From: Longimicrobiales bacterium
Lineage (GTDB): Bacteria; Gemmatimonadota; Gemmatimonadetes; Longimicrobiales; Gaopeijiaceae
Assembly (NCBI GenBank): GCA_965204735.1
Contig: OZ242008.1
Location: 736,001-800,000, forward strand
DNA length: 64,000 nt
Direction of reading: 5' to 3'
Under the pieces are notes generated by a model that was given only the letters and a program-made list of their open reading frames with translations, was not told where the DNA came from and ran no database searches. Shown one piece after another: positions 57,872 through 64,000 of this stretch. A program made the position numbers and the translations under genes. Numbering within the stretch: the stretch's first letter is position 1; each line of letters opens with the position of its first letter.

Positions 57872-59478
57872 TCCCAGCGAAGACCCGCGTCCTCTGCATC
57901 GGCGCCGGCCCGGCTGGCCTTACCGCCGCCTATCTGCTGTCCAAGAGGGGAGTTCCCGTGACCGTCCTGGAGGCCGATCCCGTGTACGTGGGAGGCATCT
58001 CCCGGACCGTCGTCCACAAGGGCTACCGCTGCGACATCGGCGCCCACCGCTTCTACACCAAGTCCAAGGAAGTCAACGAACTTTGGCTGGAGCTCCTCGA
58101 CGAAGGCTTCCTTCGGTGCGTTCGCAAGTCGAGCATCTACTATCGGCAGCGCTTCTTCGACTACCCGCTGAAGATCGGCAACGTCTTCGGCAATATCGGA
58201 GTGGTCGAATCGGCGCTTTGCCTGCTCTCCTACCTCAGGGCGCGCGCCTTCCCGATCAAGAACCCCGACAACTTCGAGCAGTGGGTGTGCAACAACTTCG
58301 GCCGCAGGTTGTTCTCGATGTTCTTCGAGACGTACACCGAGAAGGTGTGGGGAATGAAGTGTTCCGAGATCTCGGCAGATTGGGCGGCCCAGCGCATCAA
58401 GCAGCTTACGCTTGGGCGCGCGCTGAAGAACGCGCTCTTCGGGAGTCGCGCGAAGGGACAAGAAGCGATCTCGACCCTGATCGACTCGTTCCAGTATCCG
58501 CCCAAGGGCACAGGCATGATGTGGGAGAGCGCGGCGCGCAAGATACGAGCGCAGGGCGGCAAGATCGAAATGGACCGACGCGCCGCAGGCTTGGAGCGGC
58601 TGCCGGGCGGCGGGTGGCGAGTGGCGTCGGTAGGAGTGGACGGCGGCGAAGCGCACCACGAGGCCGAGCACGTGATCTCGTCGGCGCCGTTGCGCGAGGT
58701 CGTCGAGTTCGTGGACCCGCAGCCGGCGCCCGAAGTCGCTGCCGCCGCCAGGGGGCTGAAGTACCGGGACTTCCTTGCGGTCGGCATCGTGGTCAAGGAC
58801 CGGGGCGTCTTCACCGACCATTGGTTGTGCGTCCACGATCCGGGCGTGAAGGTCGGGCGCATAGAGAACTTCAAGTACTGGTCGCCGGAGATGGTGCCGG
58901 ACCCGGAGAACGCGTTCTACTGCATGGAGTACTTCTGCTTCGAGGGCGACGGCTTGTGGAGCAGCTCGGACGCCGCGCTGGTGGAGCGAGCGAAGAACGA
59001 GCTCGTTCAGATTGGACTGGCGGCCGCCGCGGACGTGATCGACGGCTTCGTGATTCGCCAGAAGAAGGCGTACCCCGTGTACGACGAAGGATATGCGGAG
59101 AGGGTGAAGCTCGTCAGGGGCTTCGTCGAAGCGGAGTGTCCCGGCCTGCACTTGACGGGCCGCAATGGGATGCACAGGTACAACAACCAGGACCATGCGA
59201 TGATGACGGCCATGCTCGCCGTCGAGAACATCGTCGCCGGCGAGAACCGCTACGACCTGTGGAACGTGAGCCAGGAGGCCGAGTACTGCGGAAACGGCGA
59301 AGGCGCCGGCGCCGGGCGGGCGGTCCCAAGGAAGCTGGCGACTCCGACGGAAGTTCCAAGCGGCGTTCGCGTTGTCTCCGTCGAGCCCCCCTTGAACCCC
59401 GATGCCTCCTGCAATATCGTTCCTCGTTCCGCTCGTTCCATCGCATCCGTTCCCCGCAACACTCCCGTAGCGAAATGA
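57868..59478 (+). CDS. FAD-dependent oxidoreductase, copy 2
   Basis: GTGA overlap; same motifs with substitutions; C-terminal extension. Confidence 0.85.
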   Translation: MIPAKTRVLCIGAGPAGLTAAYLLSKRGVPVTVLEADPVYVGGISRTVVHKGYRCDIGAHRFYTKSKEVNELWLELLDEGFLRCVRKSSIYYRQRFFDYPLKIGNVFGNIGVVESALCLLSYLRARAFPIKNPDNFEQWVCNNFGRRLFSMFFETYTEKVWGMKCSEISADWAAQRIKQLTLGRALKNALFGSRAKGQEAISTLIDSFQYPPKGTGMMWESAARKIRAQGGKIEMDRRAAGLERLPGGGWRVASVGVDGGEAHHEAEHVISSAPLREVVEFVDPQPAPEVAAAARGLKYRDFLAVGIVVKDRGVFTDHWLCVHDPGVKVGRIENFKYWSPEMVPDPENAFYCMEYFCFEGDGLWSSSDAALVERAKNELVQIGLAAAADVIDGFVIRQKKAYPVYDEGYAERVKLVRGFVEAECPGLHLTGRNGMHRYNNQDHAMMTAMLAVENIVAGENRYDLWNVSQEAEYCGNGEGAGAGRAVPRKLATPTEVPSGVRVVSVEPPLNPDASCNIVPRSARSIASVPRNTPVAK

Positions 59479-60962
59479 CCGCGACCAAGACCCGCGTCCT
59501 CTGCATCGGTGCCGGCCCGGCTGGCCTTACCGCCGCCTATCTGCTGTCCAAGAGGGGAGTTCCCGTGACCGTCCTGGAGGCCGACCCCGTGTACCTGGGC
59601 GGCATCTCCCGGACCGTCGTCCACAACGGCTACCGCTGCGACATCGGAGGACACCGCTTCTACACCAAGTCCGAGCAAGTCAACGAGCTCTGGCTGGAGA
59701 TCCTCGACGAAGGCTTTCTTCGGTGCATTCGCAAGTCGAGCATCTACTATCGGCAGCGCTTCTTCGACTATCCGCTGAAGATCGGCAACATATTCGGCAA
59801 GATCGGAGTGGTCGAGTCGGCGCTCTGCCTGCTCTCCTACCTCAAGGCGCGCGCCTTCCCGGTCAAGAACCCCAACAACTTCGAGCAGTGGGTATGCAAC
59901 AACTTCGGCCGCAAGTTGTTCTCGATGTTCTTCGAGACGTACACCGAGAAGGTGTGGGGAATGAAGTGCTCCGAGATCTCGTCGGACTGGGCGGCCCAGC
60001 GCATCAAGCGCTTCACGCTTGGGGGCGCGCTGAAGAACGCGCTCTTCGGTAGCCGCACGAAGGGAAAGGAAGTGATCAAGACCCTGATCAGCTCGTTCCG
60101 GTACCCGCCCAGGGGCGCGGGCATGATGTGGGAGAGCGCGGCGCGCAAGATACGAGCGCAGGGTGGCACGATCGAAATGGGCCGACGTGTCGCAGGCTTG
60201 GAGCGCATGCCGGACGGCGGGTGGCGAGTGGCGTCGGTGGGACCGGACGGCGACGAAGCGCACTACGAAGCCGAGCACGTGATCTCGTCGGCGCCGTTGC
60301 GCGAGGTCGTCGAGTTCGTGGACCCGCAGCCGGCGCCCGAAGTCGCTGCCGCCGCCAAGGCGCTGAAGTACCGGGACTTCCTGGCGGTCGGCATCGTGGT
60401 CAAGGACCGGGGCACCTGCACCGACCAGTGGGTGTACATCCACGATCCGGGCGTGAAGGTCGGGCGCATAGAGAACTTCAAGTACTGGTCGCCGGAGATG
60501 GTGCCGGACCCGGACAACGCGTTCTACTGCATGGAGTACTTCTGCTTCGAGGGCGACGGCTTGTGGAGCAGCTCGGACGCCGCGCTGGTGGAGCGGGCGA
60601 AGAGCGAGCTCGTTCAGATTGGGCTGGCGGCCGCCGCGGACGTGATCGACGGCTTCGTGATTCGCCAGAAGAAGGCGTACCCCGTGTACGACGAAGGATA
60701 TGCGGAGAAGGTGAAGCTCGTCAGGGACTTCGTCGAAGCGGAGTGTCCCGGCCTGCACCTGACGGGCCGCAACGGGATGCACAAGTACAACAACCAGGAC
60801 CATGCGATGATGACGGCCATGCTCGCCGTCGAGAACATCGTCGCCGGCGAGAACCGCTACGACGTCTGGAAGGTGAACCAGGACGGCGAGTACTACGAGA
60901 AGGGCGAAGGCGCCGGCGCCGGCACCGGGCGGCTGATCCCCAGCAAGGCGGCGAGCGCTTGA
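59475..60962 (+). CDS. FAD-dependent oxidoreductase, copy 3
   Basis: ATGA overlap; same motifs. Confidence 0.85.
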   Translation: MTATKTRVLCIGAGPAGLTAAYLLSKRGVPVTVLEADPVYLGGISRTVVHNGYRCDIGGHRFYTKSEQVNELWLEILDEGFLRCIRKSSIYYRQRFFDYPLKIGNIFGKIGVVESALCLLSYLKARAFPVKNPNNFEQWVCNNFGRKLFSMFFETYTEKVWGMKCSEISSDWAAQRIKRFTLGGALKNALFGSRTKGKEVIKTLISSFRYPPRGAGMMWESAARKIRAQGGTIEMGRRVAGLERMPDGGWRVASVGPDGDEAHYEAEHVISSAPLREVVEFVDPQPAPEVAAAAKALKYRDFLAVGIVVKDRGTCTDQWVYIHDPGVKVGRIENFKYWSPEMVPDPDNAFYCMEYFCFEGDGLWSSSDAALVERAKSELVQIGLAAAADVIDGFVIRQKKAYPVYDEGYAEKVKLVRDFVEAECPGLHLTGRNGMHKYNNQDHAMMTAMLAVENIVAGENRYDVWKVNQDGEYYEKGEGAGAGTGRLIPSKAASA

Positions 60963-60978
60963 GCGGCACGGCCGCGGC

Positions 60979-62166
60979 GTGAAGTCGTCGGGCGTCGCGG
61001 CCGGCTTGGACCGGCTGGTGGGCGAGCCCGACGCGGCAGGACGCCTGGGGCTGGCCGGCGCCCGCGTGGGAATGATCGTGCATCCGGCGTCGGTCACGTC
61101 GGAGCTGGCCTTCGGGGTGGACGCGGCCCGCAGGGCGGGTCTCGACGTGCGCGCCCTCTTCGGCCCGCAGCACGGCGCCCGAGGCGAGAAGCAGGACAAC
61201 ATGATCGAGTCCGCGCCCTATGCGGATCCGGTCACGGGCTTGCCGGTCCACTCCCTGTACGGCGAAGTCCGCAAGCCGACTCCCGACATGCTCGCTGGCC
61301 TGGATGCAGTCCTCTTCGACCTTCAAGACGTGGGCGTGCGCGTCTACACCTTCGCGTGGACGATGGCCCTGGCGATGGAGGCGTGCGGCGAAGCCGGAGT
61401 TCGGTTCGTCGTCCTGGACCGTCCCAACCCCATCGGCGGCAAGCGCGAGGGTCCCGTCCTGCGCCCCGGCTTCGAGTCCTTCGTGGGACTGCATCCGGTT
61501 CCGCTGCGCCACGGAGCGACCTGCGGCGAGCTGGCCCGCTGGTTGTGCGCCGAGAGAGGCGTCGCGTGCGAGCTGTCGGTGCTGCCGTGCCGAGGCTGGC
61601 GACGCGAAGCGACTTGGCGCGACACGGGCTTGCCGTGGGTCATGCCCAGCCCGAACCTGCCGACGACGGACTCCTGCGCCGTCTATCCGGGGATGGTGCT
61701 GCTGGAGGGGACCAACCTGTCGGAAGGACGCGGCACCACGCGCCCCTTCGAGCTCTTCGGGGCGCCGTGGCTGGACCCGGACGCTCTCGTGAAGCGGCTG
61801 CGGGGCGCAGGGCTGCCCGGCGTCGTGTTCCGTCCGTGCCACTTCGAGCCCACCTTCCAGAAGCACGCCGGGAAGCTGTGCGGCGGCGCCCAGCTGCACG
61901 TCACCGACCCCGACGCCTTCGCCCCGGTGCGGACCGCTGTCGAAGTCCTGGCGGCGGCGCGCGACTTGGCGCCAAACCGCTTCGAGTGGCGCGCTCCGCC
62001 CTACGAGTACGAAGAAGAGCTGTCGCCCATCGACATCCTATGGGGGCACGACGGGCTGCGGGCGAGTCTCGAGGCGGGCGTCGACGCCGACGAGATCATG
62101 GAGGGCACTATGGCGGAGCTGGAGCACTTCGCCCGGTCCGCGGCACCGCACATGTTGTACGACTAG
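60979..62166 (+). CDS. namZ: DUF1343 exo-beta-N-acetylmuramidase
   Basis: LFGPQHG, SLYG..RKPT, FDLQDVG.R.YTF, VLDRPNP, PSPNLPT, SEGRGTTRPFE. Confidence 0.88.
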   Translation: MKSSGVAAGLDRLVGEPDAAGRLGLAGARVGMIVHPASVTSELAFGVDAARRAGLDVRALFGPQHGARGEKQDNMIESAPYADPVTGLPVHSLYGEVRKPTPDMLAGLDAVLFDLQDVGVRVYTFAWTMALAMEACGEAGVRFVVLDRPNPIGGKREGPVLRPGFESFVGLHPVPLRHGATCGELARWLCAERGVACELSVLPCRGWRREATWRDTGLPWVMPSPNLPTTDSCAVYPGMVLLEGTNLSEGRGTTRPFELFGAPWLDPDALVKRLRGAGLPGVVFRPCHFEPTFQKHAGKLCGGAQLHVTDPDAFAPVRTAVEVLAAARDLAPNRFEWRAPPYEYEEELSPIDILWGHDGLRASLEAGVDADEIMEGTMAELEHFARSAAPHMLYD

Positions 62167-62853
62167 CAGCCAGTCGTGAAGCGCAAGCACTCGAATCCGT
62201 CGGTGAGAATCGAGATCGGAGCGGACACGGTCCCCACAATCTTCGCGAAGATTCGCGAGGAGGGGCTGGCGGTCGAGGTGATCAGTTCTCCGGCCCGGCG
62301 TGAGGATCCAGGCTGCCGCGGACACTTCGATCGCCGCCGCGCTCGCGCATCCGGCGATGCCGGCCGACTCCGAAGCCAAAGTCGACGGAGCGTCCAGCTC
62401 CGGCGACACGACTACGAATAGCGTCTCGGAAACCGACCGTTCGCCCGGCGGCGGTGATGAGAGAAGCGCACGACCTTGTCGCGCATCGTCGGCGCGAACT
62501 CGGCCTACTCCTTCTGCTTGGCCAGCTCGAAGCTTCCGATTTCGACCTCCGGCGGCGGGCGACTCGCTCCGCCTTCGGTATAGCGACAGGCTAGCCTAGC
62601 CGGAGTCAGCGCGGCCTGGGCCAGGAAACGGCCGGCCGCTCGCAGCCGGGCGTGGGTCGCGCGCCAGCACGGGGGCCACCCCCCGGGCGAGACGATCACT
62701 CAGCAGGCGCGCTGGCACGGCTGCGCGGGACCCCGTTCCCACCGAGGGAACCCTTTCCGATTTCCGGTGTACGGAACAGCACGGCCCCGACCGCGGGCTC
62801 GCCACCGACGACGAGCCGCAGGCGGTCGGACCATCATTCAGCCAGGAGCAGTC

Positions 62854-63348
62854 ATGAAAGCAGCCGCATCCATCAGGGCGGCCTTCGCCACGCTGGCGCT
62901 GGCCCTCGTGGCCGTCGCCTGCGACGACGACGCCGCGCCCACCAAGCTCGCGGACGAGCCCCGCGAGATCACCGAGACCCCCAACCCCTGGACGACGATC
63001 TTCGCCGCCGCCGAGTCGAAGGGCGGCCCGGTCCAGGTCGTCTTCGCCGGCAGCGACCGGTCCTACAGGATCCGGGAGCTGTACGACGGCGCCAGGGCGC
63101 CCCAGGACGCTATCGAGGGGACCGCGGCCGTCTGTACGGTCGAGGACGCGACGAACCGCCTCGAGCTGGACGCCTTCCGGCGGTGCATGGCCCGCGCGCT
63201 TCGGCAGGACGTGTGCCGCAACGGAGGCGTCTTCGTCCTCTACCATCCGAGCCAGGCGCCGGGCAGCTGGCGCGCGGCGTGTCCCGTGCCGCCGGAAGCG
63301 GACGACGATCCCGACGGCGACGAGTCGCGGGCGAACGACCCCGCCTGA
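62854..63348 (+). CDS. Hypothetical lipoprotein
   Basis: AGGAG RBS; signal peptide ending in lipobox VAVAC; four further Cys. Confidence 0.65.
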   Translation: MKAAASIRAAFATLALALVAVACDDDAAPTKLADEPREITETPNPWTTIFAAAESKGGPVQVVFAGSDRSYRIRELYDGARAPQDAIEGTAAVCTVEDATNRLELDAFRRCMARALRQDVCRNGGVFVLYHPSQAPGSWRAACPVPPEADDDPDGDESRANDPA

Positions 63349-63519
63349 GCACGGCCCTTGCGAGCGGTCGGCGACTCGTCTCCAGCGCCGGCCGCTCGCT
63401 GCCGGGCGCGGAAGCGGCTCGCGGGCTTCGACGTCGATTCGCCGCGATCGCTATTCCCCAGCTACACGCCGCCCGGGCATCGGTACGTGGAACAGGGGCG
63501 CCGGATCCCGTCCGTCAAG

Positions 63520-64000
63520 TCAGGGCTTCAACCGCCGCCCGGCAGGCCCGTTCGCGAAGGCTGACCGGCTTCCGGAGGTTTCGACGGCAAGAGCTTTGTC
63601 GCTGAAGGTCTCGTCCTCGTTGGACGTTTCTTCGTCCGAGGCTTCGTCTCCGTCCGGGGTCTTCCAGAAGTCGGGGTTCGACGGCGCGGCGCCGGCGACC
63701 GGGGCGCCGTAGAGCAGCGCGTTGAACAGAACGCGGAAGTTGCCGAAGGGCTGGCCGCGCCACTGAGGCTTCATCCCCAGCAGCACCACGCGCCCGTCTC
63801 CGTGGGCCACGTCCACGGCGGCCGCAAAGCCCTGCAGGTGCTCCTCGCCCAGCAGGTATCCGGACAACAGGGGCGAACCGTCCGCCGGGTACTTCGCCAG
63901 GACCGAGCCCTCGAATCCATCCTTGGTCGTGAAGACGGGGCTGCGCTCGACCACGACCTTGGCCTGCGGGGGCATGCCGGACATGACGGGGTGCGACGGA
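63520..64000 (-). CDS. C-terminus of a probable M14 family peptidase (starts beyond window)
   Basis: PLLSGYLLGEE.L..AAAVDV..G.GRVVL.G..PQWRGQ..F..LFNAL is typical of these C-termini. The catalytic domain is not in the window. Confidence 0.65.
   Translation of the reverse strand, partial: PSHPVMSGMPPQAKVVVERSPVFTTKDGFEGSVLAKYPADGSPLLSGYLLGEEHLQGFAAAVDVAHGDGRVVLLGMKPQWRGQPFGNFRVLFNALLYGAPVAGAAPSNPDFWKTPDGDEASDEETSNEDETFSDKALAVETSGSRSAFANGPAGRRLKP

Noticed and set aside
62170..62850. Small ORFs between namZ and the lipoprotein gene
   Set aside because: No recognisable motifs or consistent frame; they may be decayed fragments but cannot be supported.
1..64000. tRNA, rRNA or known structured ncRNA genes
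   Set aside because: None recognised by eye; a covariance-model search (tRNAscan-SE, Infernal/Rfam) would be needed to exclude them.

Overview
High-GC bacterial chromosome segment. Gene content suggests a Gemmatimonadota-like organism, but that is inference only. From left to right: (1) the 5' end of leuS, a lower-GC membrane ORF, an intact DDE insertion sequence with TIRs embedded in CTAG runs, and a second transposase remnant; (2) peptidase and SPFH genes; (3) a ~25 kb predicted defence island at 7483-32524; (4) housekeeping genes, including hutI, a D-aminoacylase, five DNA-repair genes, fabV, rfbC, tilS-hpt-ftsH, cdaA, exbB-exbD-exbD-tonB, yggS and PNP; (5) three tandem FAD-oxidoreductase paralogs, namZ, and the end of an M14 peptidase. 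The island opens with four tandem, translationally coupled AAA-ATPase/PD-(D/E)XK nuclease genes whose variable blocks are combinatorially shuffled. These run by overlapping stop/start codons directly into a DrmD-like SNF2 helicase, a large adenine MTase with a lower-GC specificity half, and a Schlafen/AlbA-HATPase-TPR gene. A small hicBA / orphan Panacea cassette follows. The island ends with a 1988-aa YprA/DruE-like helicase-DUF1998-nuclease carrying an apparently intact LexA-type (S24) self-cleaving domain. The shuffled array coupled to a DISARM-related core is the best candidate for an undescribed system. All assignments come from motif recognition by eye; no database searches were run.
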